A program made the position numbers and the translations under genes. Positions 18,844-28,263 of a stretch of 36,607 nt of DNA are shown here, piece by piece; the first letter of the stretch is position 1, and each line of letters opens with the position of its first letter. Source of the stretch: a virus; the IMG/VR virus record IMGVR_UViG_3300006217_000229; one strand, written 5' to 3'. The notes beneath the pieces were generated by a model. The model had not been told where the DNA came from. It made no database searches and saw only the letters and a list, made by a program, of their open reading frames with translations.

Positions 18844-19065
18844 ATGTCTAAATTTTTATTAATAGATGGGAGCTATAGTACAGTTGAAGTTACAATACCA
18901 GATTGTACAGAATTATTAAGAAAAATAAAGCCTGAAGATATAAAGAAAAACAAAAATAGAAGAGAACTTGGATTATCAATAACGAAGTTTTTAGAAGAAA
19001 ATGGAGATATGAATCGTAGAAAATATTATGGAGGTGCAAAACAAAATGGGAATGTCAAAAACTAA
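18844..19065 (+). CDS. Hypothetical phage protein
   Basis: MSKFLLIDGSYSTVEVTIPDCTELLRKIKPEDI... Confidence 0.45.
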   Translation: MSKFLLIDGSYSTVEVTIPDCTELLRKIKPEDIKKNKNRRELGLSITKFLEENGDMNRRKYYGGAKQNGNVKN

Positions 19066-19336
19066 AAAAGCAATCGTAGCTTTGCAAGAAAGAGTAAATA
19101 CAATAGAACTTAATGGCGACATGATAGAAAAAGCATTAGGAAAAGAACAATATGAGGCCACAGTAAAATGCAAAGATGAAATAAAAACATTACTAGAAGC
19201 CTATGAAAAGCAAAAAGAATTTACAAGAAATACAATAAAAAACGCACGTACTAAAGTGTTAAATCAGAGAAATACAATAAAGATGTTAAAAAATCATAAT
19301 AAAAAGAAGAGTGGAAATTATGAAACAAATATTTAA
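19028..19336 (+). CDS. Hypothetical coiled-coil protein
   Basis: ORF; likely true start at the internal MGMSKTKK. Confidence 0.45.
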   Translation: MEVQNKMGMSKTKKAIVALQERVNTIELNGDMIEKALGKEQYEATVKCKDEIKTLLEAYEKQKEFTRNTIKNARTKVLNQRNTIKMLKNHNKKKSGNYETNI

Positions 19337-20709
19337 GCCTCATGAGTATCAGAAATATTGTATTTCAAGATGTATTACAGATAACAAGTTAGGATTATTT
19401 TTAGACATGGGTCTTGGTAAAACAGTAATAACTTTAACAGCAATAAATGACTTAAAATATAATAGGTTTAAAATACAAAAGGTTTTAGTAATAGCACCTA
19501 AGAGAGTAGCAGAAGATACCTGGACTAGAGAACAGGAAAAATGGGAACATTTAAAACTTTTGAGAGTTCAACCTGTTCTTGGGTCCTTACAAAAAAGAAT
19601 AAAAGCTTTAAATACTCCAGCAGATGTGTATGTGATCAATAGAGAAAATGTAGTATGGCTAGTTGATTATTATAAAAATGATTGGCCATTTGACACCGTA
19701 ATAATAGATGAATTATCGAGTTTTAAAAATAATAATTCAAAAAGATTTAAAGCTTTAAAGTGCATAAGGCCATTAATCAAAAGAATTATTGGTCTAACTG
19801 GAACACCTGCACCAAACGGGTATATAGATTTATGGTCTCAGATATATTTATTAGATCAGGGGGAAAGATTAGGTAAATTTATTACACATTATAGAGAAAA
19901 CTATTTTGAACCAGATAAAAGAAATGCAGAAAGAATATTTACTTATAAAGCAAGAGAAAATGCAGTTAGCACTATAAAAAATAAGATATCAGATATATGC
20001 ATAAGTTTACAAGCAAAAGATTACCTAGAGATGCCTGAGAAAGTAATAGATAATAGATTTATAAAATTAGATGCTAAAACACAAAAAGAGTATGACCAAT
20101 TTGAAAGAGAAATGTTTTTGAGACTTGATGAAGATGAAATTGATGTTACATCTGCAGCCGCACTTACTAATAAGCTTTTACAGTTCTGCAATGGTGCAGT
20201 TTACAAAGATGATAGCAAAGAATATGCAGAAGTGCATAATCTGAAAATAGATGCATTGGTAGAATTGATAGAAGAAGCACAGCGGACAGCCTTTGTTAGT
20301 ATTTTATAACTTTCAGCATGATTTAGATAGAATTAAAAAAGAGCTTAAAAAATTAAAATTAAGAGTCGGTATTTTAAAAGACAGTCAAGATATATCAAAA
20401 TGGAATAACAAAGAACTTGATATATTATTAGCGCACCCAGCATCTGCAGCATATGGATTAAATCTTCAAGAAGGCGGAAGTCATGTTGTTTGGTTCGGAT
20501 TGAATTGGAGCTTAGAGTTATATAGTCAAGCAAATGCAAGATTATATAGACAAGGTCAGAAGAACACTGTATTTATACATAATTTAGTTGTAGATGGGTG
20601 TAGAGACGTAGATGTAATTGATGCTTTAGAAAACAAGAACAGTAATCAAAATGCACTTTTAGAGAGTTTAAAAGCTAGAATTAGAAAAGTAAAAAACGAA
20701 AGGATCTAA
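19311..20709 (+). CDS. SNF2/DEAD-like phage helicase; recoded at CGG 20283
   Basis: LFLDMGLGKTVITLTAIN...VIIDELSSFKN...LTGTPAPNGYIDLWSQIYLLD...; after site: EEAQGQPLLVFYNFQHDLDRIKKEL...SHVVWFGLNWSLELYSQANARLYRQGQK. Confidence 0.95.
20283..20286 (+). other. CGGA recoding site 12 (SNF2 helicase), P-site codon CAG
   Basis: 0 frame EEAQRTAFVSIL* ; minus C gives EEAQGQPLLVFYNFQHDLDRI. Confidence 0.97.
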
Positions 20710-20713
20710 TAAG

Positions 20714-20914
20714 ATGAAAATTCTTGAACAAGGTAAGATTAAGCAGATATTAAAAATAAAGAAATGCAAAATTTGTAAATCAGTATTCACCTATAGTGAA
20801 GAAGATGCAATGGTTATTTTTAACACAATGAAAGAAAAAATATCAGTAGGAGTAGTATGCCCAGTTTGTGAAGAACTTATAAAGATATCTGCATTTGATA
20901 GGAAGGCTAAATAG
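20714..20914 (+). CDS. Small zinc-finger-like protein
   Basis: CKICKSVFTYSEEDA...VCPVCEELIKISAFDRKAK. Confidence 0.5.
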   Translation: MKILEQGKIKQILKIKKCKICKSVFTYSEEDAMVIFNTMKEKISVGVVCPVCEELIKISAFDRKAK

Positions 20915-20929
20915 AAAGAAGGTGACAGA

Positions 20930-21094
20930 ATGATTATAATACTTAAGATTATAATTGCAGTATTATTAGGATTATTTATAATCGGAAAAATGGCAGATTC
21001 ATTTAATAATAAAGACAATATAAAAATGGAGGTAGTATATTACGTTGAAATTATAATTAGCATTATTTGTACCATAATCTTGTTTAGATTGTGA
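20930..21094 (+). CDS. Small membrane protein
   Basis: MIIILKIIIAVLLGLFIIGKMADSFNNKDNIKMEVVYYVEIIISIICTIILFRL*. Confidence 0.4.
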   Translation: MIIILKIIIAVLLGLFIIGKMADSFNNKDNIKMEVVYYVEIIISIICTIILFRL

Positions 21095-21103
21095 GGTGTT
21101 TAG

Positions 21104-21523
21104 ATGACAAGAGATAAGTTAGCAAAATACTATGATTTAAAAGATGAAATATTTGACTTAAAGAAAAGAATACATAAAATTAAGAATGATGGTTTAATAG
21201 AAAAAGATAGCGTAAAAGGATCTTCAAAGTATCATCCATATATATCACACAGTATGGTTGTAGAAGGGCCAGGAGAGGGAACAATAAAATTACTAACAGC
21301 ATTGGAGCAAAAGCTTTCGAAACAATATGAAAAGTTGTTAGAACAACAAATAGAGATAGAGGATTTTATAGAAACAATTGAAAAACCTAAACTTAGAGAG
21401 ATTTTTAGATTAAGATATTTGGATGGGTATACCTGGTATCAGATAGCATTGGAATGTGGGTATAATAACGAGGACACCCCAAGAAAGAAACACGACAGAT
21501 TTTTAGAGAACTTACAGCCATAA
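21104..21523 (+). CDS. ArpU/DUF1492-like late transcription regulator (sigma-70 region 4-like)
   Basis: EKPKLREIFRLRYLDGYTWYQIALECGYNNEDTPRKKHDRFLENL. Confidence 0.7.
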   Translation: MTRDKLAKYYDLKDEIFDLKKRIHKIKNDGLIEKDSVKGSSKYHPYISHSMVVEGPGEGTIKLLTALEQKLSKQYEKLLEQQIEIEDFIETIEKPKLREIFRLRYLDGYTWYQIALECGYNNEDTPRKKHDRFLENLQP

Positions 21524-21555
21524 TGGTTGTAAGTTTTTTTATAAAAATTTATAAA

Positions 21556-21575
21556 ATGTCCGGTCATGTCCGGTG
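21556..21575 (+). repeat. Tandem 10-mer repeat upstream of terminase
   Basis: atgtccggtc atgtccggtg. Confidence 0.6.
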
Positions 21576-21648
21576 TCAAGATGTTAAAATAAGTATAAGC
21601 AAAAGTATATACATCTACTTTTTACTAATAGTTATTTTGATAAAAAAG

Positions 21649-21678
21649 CTTGTTACTTAGCAGTAACGAGTTTTTTTT
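21649..21678 (+). terminator. Rho-independent terminator before terminase operon
   Basis: cTtGTTACT-tagc-AGTAACgAG-TTTTTTTT. Confidence 0.75.
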
Positions 21679-21701
21679 ATGCAGAGAAGAGGTGAACCGG
21701 A

Positions 21702-22222
21702 TTGGCAAAATTAACAGATAAACAGGAGCGATTTGTAGAAGAGTATCTTATAGATTTAAATTCAACACAAGCTGCAATAAGGGCGGGGTATAGTGTTAAG
21801 AGTGCAGGAAAGATAGGACCAGAACTACTAGGCAAAACTAGGATTTCAGAGGCAATAACAAAGAAAAAAGCTGAACGTTCTAAAAGAACAGGAATAACAG
21901 CTGACAGAGTGCTAGAAGAGTATGCAAAAATTGCTTTTGCAAATGCTGATGACATTATAGATTTTAAAACCGGAAGAATTAAGCCATTTGCTACAAAAGA
22001 TGATTTAGCAACGATACAATCTGTTAAAGTAAAAGAGTCATCTCGGAAATGTAGACACAGAGGAAAGAGAAGTAAAATTGTATGATAAACAAAGGGCATT
22101 AGAAATGCTTGGAAAGCATTTGGGAATGTTTAAAGATAAAGTTGAGCTATCTGGGAATGTTGGACATCCGCTTCTTGAAAGTATAGCAAGACAGCTTCGG
22201 CGGTGGTGCAAGTGCAGAATAA
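21702..22222 (+). CDS. terS: Terminase small subunit; recoded at CGG 22044 and probably CGG 22198
   Basis: MAKLTDKQERFVEEYLIDLNSTQAAIRAGYS...VKESSGNVDTEEREVKLYDKQRALEMLGKHLGMFKDKVELSGNVGHPLLESIARQLGGGASAE*; TTG start. Confidence 0.9.
22044..22047 (+). other. CGGA recoding site 13 (TerS), P-site codon TCT
   Basis: 0 frame KESSRKCRHRGKRSKIV* ; minus C gives REVKLYDKQRALEMLGKHLGMF, conserved TerS C-terminal block. Confidence 0.95.
22198..22201 (+). other. CGGC candidate recoding site 14 (TerS C-terminus), P-site codon CTT
   Basis: 0 frame QLRRWCKCRIMSHFH* ; minus C gives QLGGGASAE*; weaker because so close to the end. Confidence 0.6.
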
Positions 22223-23588
22223 TGAGCCATTTCCATTAAGTTCAAAGTACATAGATTTTATGAAGCACGATGCAAGCGCGGAATTCCTAGAGGGAACAAC
22301 ATATGCAGGTAAGACAACAGTAGCGATACCAAAGTTCATGAACAAAGTAATGCTAAGTCCTAAAAAGTCTATTATTTCAGGATTAGATTTAGGAACAATT
22401 CAAAAGAATATTGTAACAAAAGATCATGGAATATTAGAGCTGTATGGGGATTATGAAAAAGGTGGATTAATAGAGCAAAACACAAATGGAACTAAAGAAG
22501 ATAGCCTTCCACATTTATTGTTTCATACTCCTTATGGGGTCAAGACAATTTATCTGATAGGGTATGATAATACAGCAAGATGGAAAAAAGCACTTGGTGG
22601 ACAATATGGGAATTTACTCATAGATGAGTTTAACATAGCTGATATGGAATTTGTAAGAGAAGCATTCATGAGGGCAGATTATAGGTTATGCACTATGAAC
22701 CCAGATGACCCAAATAAAGAGTGCTATACACAGTATGTTAATAAATCAAAACCAATAGATAAATACAAGGATGATGCTCCAGCAGAACTTTTAAAGATGT
22801 TAGATCAACCTCAAGTAAACGATTGGACTTGGTGGTATTTTACTTTTGATGATAATGCGAGTTTAACGCCAGAGAAAAAGCATGACATTATAAGTACAAC
22901 CCCAAAAGGCACTAAACTTTGGAAGAATAAAATACAAGGCCTAAGAGGAAAGGCAACAGGATTAATATTTAATATAGAAAAACAACACACAATAACTGTT
23001 GAGGAAGCTAAAAAGTTAAAATTTAAGACTTTTTCTGTTGGATGCGATACATCATATTCAAAAGAAACTCATGATAAATTAACACTTGAGGGTACAGGAA
23101 TTACAGTTGATAATAGATGCGTTTTACTAAAAGAAAAAGGTTTTAATAATAAAAATAGAGAAAATCCATTTGCGCCATCTGATGTAGTAAAATGGATTTT
23201 AGACTTTATGGAAGAATTCAAGCAGGAATGGGGATTTGCAAGAACATGTTATATAGACAGTGCAGACAGTGGAACTATTATGGAAGCTAAGAAGATGAAA
23301 AGACTTACTCATTGTGTTTATAACTTTGAACCTTCTTGGAAGAAAACTAAGAATATAACAAGAATTCAATTAGAGCAAAGTTGGTTAACTACTGGCGATT
23401 TTTTAATTGTTGATACATGCACTGATTATTTAGCTGAAAGTGATGTTTACAGTTGGACTGAAGATAATAAGCCAGAAGATAAAAATGACCATCACAGACA
23501 AGGATGTCAATATTCATGGCTTCCATATAAAAGACAAATTGGTAATTGGGAAAAGATAAAACAGATAATAAAGGATGCTGATGATTAA
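22203..23588 (+). CDS. terL: Terminase large subunit
   Basis: LEGTTYAGKTTVAIPKFMNKVML Walker A-like; NLLIDEFNIADMEFVREAFMR; CTMNPDDPNKECYTQYV; GCDTSYSKE; GTG start. Confidence 0.92.
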   Translation: MVQVQNNEPFPLSSKYIDFMKHDASAEFLEGTTYAGKTTVAIPKFMNKVMLSPKKSIISGLDLGTIQKNIVTKDHGILELYGDYEKGGLIEQNTNGTKEDSLPHLLFHTPYGVKTIYLIGYDNTARWKKALGGQYGNLLIDEFNIADMEFVREAFMRADYRLCTMNPDDPNKECYTQYVNKSKPIDKYKDDAPAELLKMLDQPQVNDWTWWYFTFDDNASLTPEKKHDIISTTPKGTKLWKNKIQGLRGKATGLIFNIEKQHTITVEEAKKLKFKTFSVGCDTSYSKETHDKLTLEGTGITVDNRCVLLKEKGFNNKNRENPFAPSDVVKWILDFMEEFKQEWGFARTCYIDSADSGTIMEAKKMKRLTHCVYNFEPSWKKTKNITRIQLEQSWLTTGDFLIVDTCTDYLAESDVYSWTEDNKPEDKNDHHRQGCQYSWLPYKRQIGNWEKIKQIIKDADD

Positions 23589-23827
23589 TGGAAACAAAAT
23601 GCATTTGTTTAATAGAAAATAGAGCTTATAAGATGGAAGAAGTTAGATTAAGAGAAATATTAAATATGATTAAGAAAAAATATAGAAAAGATAATAAGCA
23701 TGCAATATATGCATTGAGAAAGGGAAATACCTTTGATTTGCAAAGGCAAGAATTTAGTACGTTTTATAGAACTCAATTGAAAGCTGAAGAGTATAGAAAA
23801 CAAGGGTATGTTGTTTATTGTGTGTAG
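23588..23827 (+). CDS. Hypothetical phage protein
   Basis: METKCICLIENRAYKMEEVRLREILNMIKKKYRKD... Confidence 0.5.
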   Translation: METKCICLIENRAYKMEEVRLREILNMIKKKYRKDNKHAIYALRKGNTFDLQRQEFSTFYRTQLKAEEYRKQGYVVYCV

Positions 23828-23838
23828 GAGGAGATCAA

Positions 23839-25295
23839 ATGGGAATAGGAGGTAAACTAAAAGAAATGGTTAGAAACTGGTTAGAAATACAACCGTCTAT
23901 TCGGGGAGTCTGTAACAATTCAGCAGAATGATACGTTCGAAGGGAATTGTTTTAGAAATTTACTATGGTATAGAGGTGATCCGACTGAGTTACATCAATA
24001 TTATACTCAGATAGACGACATGATGGGAAACTCAAAATTTTGGGCTGCTCAAAGTACAGATGGAGTAGATTTTAGAAAGATACATACAGGACTTCCTGCT
24101 TTAATAGTAGATATTCTAGCAGATATTATTATAGATTCTTTAAACTCAATTGATATAGGTAAAAATGATGACGCTCAAAAAAATTGGAACAAAATTGAAG
24201 AAGATAATAGCTTTAAAGACATAGTAAAACAAGCGATAATAGATGTGTTTATAGAATGCGATGGAGCGTTTAAAATAAGTTATGATACTGATGTATCAGA
24301 ATACCCAATAATAGAGTTTTACTCAGGACCTAATGTAGAATTTGTTTATAAAAGAGGCAGAATAGTAGCAATAATATTCAAGACAAAATATAAAAAGAAA
24401 AATGCAGAATATTTGTTAAAAGAAAAATATGATAAAAATGGAATAACCTATAGATTATATAGAAATGAGGCAATTGTAGGATTAGAGGAATTAGATGAGA
24501 CTAAGGACTTAAAGGAAGTTACAGATAATAACTTTATGATGGCGGTTCCTATGATGTTTAATAAGTCTAAAAAATTCAAGGGTAGAGGACAAAGTATACT
24601 TGATAAGAAAATTGATGACTTTGATAGCTTTGATGAAGTATGGTCACAATGGATTGAAGCTTTAAGAGATAATAAAACTCAGACATATATACCAGAAGAA
24701 CTTATTCCAACAAATGACAATGGAGATTTGCTAAAACCTAATACCTGGAATAAACGTTTTGTGCAGATAGGAAATACAACAACTGAAGATAAAGCAGGGC
24801 AAGTGTTAAGGGTTACACGGCGATTTCGACTATGAAAAGATGCTTCAAGGTTATATCACAGCATTGGATTTATGTCTGCAAGGACTTATATCTCCATCTA
24901 CTTTAGGAATTGATACTAAGAAACTTGATAATGCAGAGGCACAAAGGGAAAAAGAGAAGGTAACTCAATATACTAGAAATAAAGTAATAAGAATATTAGA
25001 AAAGGTACTTCCACAAGTTGCAACTATTGCACTTATGGCATATGATAAAGCAAGAGGAGAAGTAGCAGGGGAATATACAGCTACTGCAGACTTTGGAGAA
25101 TATAGTTCTCCAAGTTTTGAAGCAGTTGTTGAAACGATTTCAAAAGCAAGACCAGGTCAATCTATTATGAGTGTTGAAAAATCAGTAGATGAACTATATG
25201 GAGATAGTCTATCAGAAACAGAAAAAAAGGAAGAAATAAACCGTTTGAAAGAAGAGGCAGGAATAATAGAAAAGAACGAGCCTACGGTATGGTAG
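23839..25295 (+). CDS. Portal protein; recoded at CGG 23902 and CGG 24818
   Basis: LEIQPSIGESVTIQQNDTFEGNCFRNLLWYRGDPTELHQYY...AGQVLRVTGDFDYEKMLQGYITALDLCLQGLISPSTLGIDTKKLDNAEAQREKEK. Confidence 0.93.
23902..23905 (+). other. CGGG recoding site 15 (portal), P-site codon ATT
   Basis: 0 frame QPSIRGVCNNSAE* ; minus C gives QPSIGESVTIQQNDTFEGN...WYRGDPTEL. Confidence 0.95.
24818..24821 (+). other. CGGC recoding site 16 (portal), P-site codon ACA
   Basis: 0 frame RVTRRFRL* ; minus C gives RVTGDFDYEKMLQGYI. Confidence 0.97.
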
Positions 25296-25305
25296 GTGAC
25301 TAAAT

Positions 25306-26802
25306 ATGTCTGATGAATATGATATTAAAAAGATATTTGAAGAAATCGAATTGGAATTAATAGCATCTATGAAAAGAACTTTGTGGTTACACAAAGAAGA
25401 TGAAAGCGCAAAAGATTTCAACTGGCCTCAATGGCAGGCGTTAAAATTAAAACAAATACAGCAATATAGAATAGATAATAAAGAAATATTTGATAGCAAA
25501 GCAATAGACGTAGATAGACATGTGATAAAACATATGAAACAACAATTCAAAGAAGCGGCTGCGAAAACGAATAAAAGAGCAATAAAGCTTGGGATTATAA
25601 GTAATAAAGATTCTGAATTTGGAGGATCTTTTTTTGGTTTAAACACAAGAAAATTAGATTCTCTAATAAATAGTGCAAAAAATGATTTAAGAGATGTAAG
25701 AACTGCAACATTAAGGATGGCAAACGACCAGTTTAGACAAGTTATATATAAATCGCAAATGTATGCTAATATGGGTGTTGGAACAGTGCAGCAAGCTATT
25801 GACATGGCAACAAAAGATTTTTTAAGCAGGGGATTTAACTGCATAGAATATAAAAATGGAAGAAGAATAAACATTGCAGATTATTGTGATATGTCTATAA
25901 AAACAGCATATACAAGAGCAGGACTTGCAGGAGATGGCGAAATCAGAAAGAAAATAGGTAATCCACTCGTTTATGTATCAAAGCACGAGGGAACTTGTGA
26001 TAAATGCAGTAAATGGGCTGGAAGAGTATATATAGATGACGTATGGTCAGGAGGTAAAGAAGAAGATGGGAAATACCCGCTTCTATCAACAGCAATAGCA
26101 GGGGGGCTATTTCACCCTCGCTGTCAGCACAGAACGACTACATATTTTGAAGGAATAAACGAAGAGCCAGAAGAGATACAAGAAAACGAGCATAATAACA
26201 ATGACGTATATATACAAGACTTGCAGAGAAGAAAAAAACAGTACGAAAGATTAGCAGCAGGCAGTTTATATACAGATAATATTCAAGATTATTCAAATAA
26301 AGCAGCTAATTTGCAAAATCAGATAGAAAGTAGTAAAATAGAACTATTAGAGGATGAGCAGTATGCTATGAATAGATATATTGCTTCTGAGAGCTATAAA
26401 ATTAATGAAGCTTTAAGAAATGAAATGGAATTAACTCAGATGCAAGAAAAAATAATGCACAACTTGGATTCAGCATTAGAAAAGATGCCAAACTATAATG
26501 GAAACATAGTAAGAACTATGCAGATAGATGATGATTTTAAGTTAAGGCAGTTCATAGACAGTTTAGAGGTAGGAAAACCGTATAAACCAAAAGAATATTT
26601 ATCTTTTAGCGATAAATTAGACTACAATTTGAAATCAAACGTAGATATATTCGTAGAAAACAGTAAAAAGGGAAAGGATTTAAGAGCCTACAACAAAGAA
26701 GAAAGTGAAATAATATATAAAAGAGATAGTAAATTTAGAGTATTGAATAAGAAACTAGTAAATGGTAAGCATTACATACTGTTGGAGGAGGTATATGAAT
26801 AA
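25306..26802 (+). CDS. Phage minor capsid / Mu F-like head morphogenesis protein
   Basis: GVGTVQQAIDMATKDFLSRGFNCIEYKNGRRINIADYCDMSIKTAYTRA...HEGTCDKCSKWAGRVYIDDVWSGG...LFHPRCQHRTTTYFEG. Confidence 0.9.
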   Translation: MSDEYDIKKIFEEIELELIASMKRTLWLHKEDESAKDFNWPQWQALKLKQIQQYRIDNKEIFDSKAIDVDRHVIKHMKQQFKEAAAKTNKRAIKLGIISNKDSEFGGSFFGLNTRKLDSLINSAKNDLRDVRTATLRMANDQFRQVIYKSQMYANMGVGTVQQAIDMATKDFLSRGFNCIEYKNGRRINIADYCDMSIKTAYTRAGLAGDGEIRKKIGNPLVYVSKHEGTCDKCSKWAGRVYIDDVWSGGKEEDGKYPLLSTAIAGGLFHPRCQHRTTTYFEGINEEPEEIQENEHNNNDVYIQDLQRRKKQYERLAAGSLYTDNIQDYSNKAANLQNQIESSKIELLEDEQYAMNRYIASESYKINEALRNEMELTQMQEKIMHNLDSALEKMPNYNGNIVRTMQIDDDFKLRQFIDSLEVGKPYKPKEYLSFSDKLDYNLKSNVDIFVENSKKGKDLRAYNKEESEIIYKRDSKFRVLNKKLVNGKHYILLEEVYE

Positions 26803-26992
26803 AAATAGCCCAAGATGGATGCATGAGGTGCCTAATTTTGGAAATCCCATAGGTGAAAAGAAATTCAGCAATAAAGAAAAGATAGAAAATGAAAAGAAAC
26901 TTTTAAGATGTATGGTGGATTTTAAAGAAATAACAGAACAAGAAGCAGAGAAAATGTTAGATGAGTACAAAAAGTCTTTAAATACAAATTAA
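26795..26992 (+). CDS. Small hypothetical protein
   Basis: MNKNSPRWMHEVPNFGNPIGEKKFSNKEKIENEKKLLRCMVDFKEITEQEAEKMLDEYKKSLNTN*. Confidence 0.6.
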   Translation: MNKNSPRWMHEVPNFGNPIGEKKFSNKEKIENEKKLLRCMVDFKEITEQEAEKMLDEYKKSLNTN

Positions 26993-27080
26993 AAACACAT
27001 TTTTATTACAATTTTCGACATTATTTTTATCAAAAGCATGATATTATTCTTTGTAATTAATAAAATAGGAGTGATATTAT

Positions 27081-27341
27081 ATGGTATGTCCAAATTGTGG
27101 TTCAAATAATAGTCAGGCTATATCAAACGTGAAAGGAAAAATAAAAAGAAGAGGTCTAATATCTACTTTAGTAAATCTGTTACTTATATGCTGCACTGCT
27201 GGTGCTTGGTTAATAATTATGATTATTAGAGGTGGCAGTAAAGGAAAGATTAAAACAGAGACTAAATTTGTTTGTATGGATTGTGGTAATGAATACACAG
27301 CTAAAGAGTCAAATAAAGCATTAGCAAAAACAAGAAAATAA
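27081..27341 (+). CDS. Zinc-ribbon membrane protein, probable moron
   Basis: MVCPNCGSNN...LLLICCTAGAWLIIMIIRGG...FVCMDCGNEYTAKESNK; own spacer and terminator inside the head module. Confidence 0.65.
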   Translation: MVCPNCGSNNSQAISNVKGKIKRRGLISTLVNLLLICCTAGAWLIIMIIRGGSKGKIKTETKFVCMDCGNEYTAKESNKALAKTRK

Positions 27342-27357
27342 ATAAGTTTTTAACATT

Positions 27358-27380
27358 GAGAGCAATAAGCTCTCTTTTTT
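27358..27380 (+). terminator. Rho-independent terminator of zinc-ribbon moron
   Basis: GAGAGC-aataa-GCTCTC-TTTTTT. Confidence 0.9.
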
Positions 27381-27461
27381 ATATGCCAAAAACATGTCTA
27401 TGGCTTAAATAGTATCATGGGCGAATCTATAGCCGACGGGCTTTAAACGGGAGGTTCCAAT

Positions 27462-28193
27462 ATGGAAAATGATGAAGAAAATAAGAATGCAGAGACTCAA
27501 TCTGCTACAGAAAACACTGATGCTGGTAATGAAAATAAAGGGTCTACTTCTGAGGGCACAATAGCAAATGCATTCGGAAATAAAGAGGGAGATGACAGCA
27601 AAGGTAATGAAGAATCTACAGAAGATAACAAGGAAGGTTCTGAAGCTGAAAACAAAGATGAGAAAAAAGGTGGAAGTAAGGCAAGTTCTGTTGCAAAACA
27701 AAATGAGGACGGGTCTATTACTTTCAAAAATCAGAAAGAATTAGACGGGTTCATTTCAAAGATGTATGCCAAAGGCGCATCTAAGGCAGAAAATAACAAT
27801 AACACACAAAATTCTAAAACTGATGAAAACACCAAAGATGGAGAAAAAGAAGAGGAAAGCGATTCACAAGAAGGTGAAATTGGAAACGAGCAACCCCTAA
27901 AGGATTATACAGATTCTATAGCACTAGCTCTAGTAGAAGCAGATATAAACCCTAAGAAAGCAAGAAAAGCTAGCCGTTTAATAGACACTGGCAAAGTAAT
28001 AATAAACGGCGTATTAGACAGTGCGAAATTAGAAGAGGAGATTAACAATCTAGTTGCTGAATGGCCTGAATTAAAGAATTCAAATCAAGATGTTAATCAA
28101 GCAAAGGGTTTTAAATTTGGAGGAGAAGGACAACAAGATGAAAACACAGAAGAGAATCAATTAGCTCAAATCTTTGGTAACAATAATAACTAA
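27462..28193 (+). CDS. Phage scaffolding-type protein (DUF4355-like)
   Basis: Acidic low-complexity N-terminus, coiled coil, DSIALALVEADINPKKARKASRLIDTGKVIINGVLD. Confidence 0.75.
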   Translation: MENDEENKNAETQSATENTDAGNENKGSTSEGTIANAFGNKEGDDSKGNEESTEDNKEGSEAENKDEKKGGSKASSVAKQNEDGSITFKNQKELDGFISKMYAKGASKAENNNNTQNSKTDENTKDGEKEEESDSQEGEIGNEQPLKDYTDSIALALVEADINPKKARKASRLIDTGKVIINGVLDSAKLEEEINNLVAEWPELKNSNQDVNQAKGFKFGGEGQQDENTEENQLAQIFGNNNN

Positions 28194-28263
28194 TAGAAAA
28201 AAGTATATGTATTCAATCATTTTGCTAAAAAAAATATGAAAGGATGATTGAATATGGCGAATA
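28185..28263 (+). repeat. Duplicated leader, copy 1 (before major capsid gene); contains RBS hairpin
   Basis: aataactaatagaaaaaagtatatgtattcaatcattttgctaaaaaaaatatgaaaggatgattgaatATGgcgaata, near-identical to 31048-31125. Confidence 0.95.

Noticed and set aside
21692-21704. A 19th CGG site at 21698 in a GTG-AAC-CGGA-TTG start of TerS
   Set aside because: The frames would fit, but TTG at 21702 has a properly spaced GAGGTG and gives the canonical MAKLTDKQERFVEEYL N-terminus, so the CGG is probably just leader sequence.
22201-22203. Second adjacent CGG in cttCGGCGGtgg as an independent site
   Set aside because: After the first +1 shift the frame reads GGC GGT, so the second CGG is out of phase; it could only matter if the first were not recoded.
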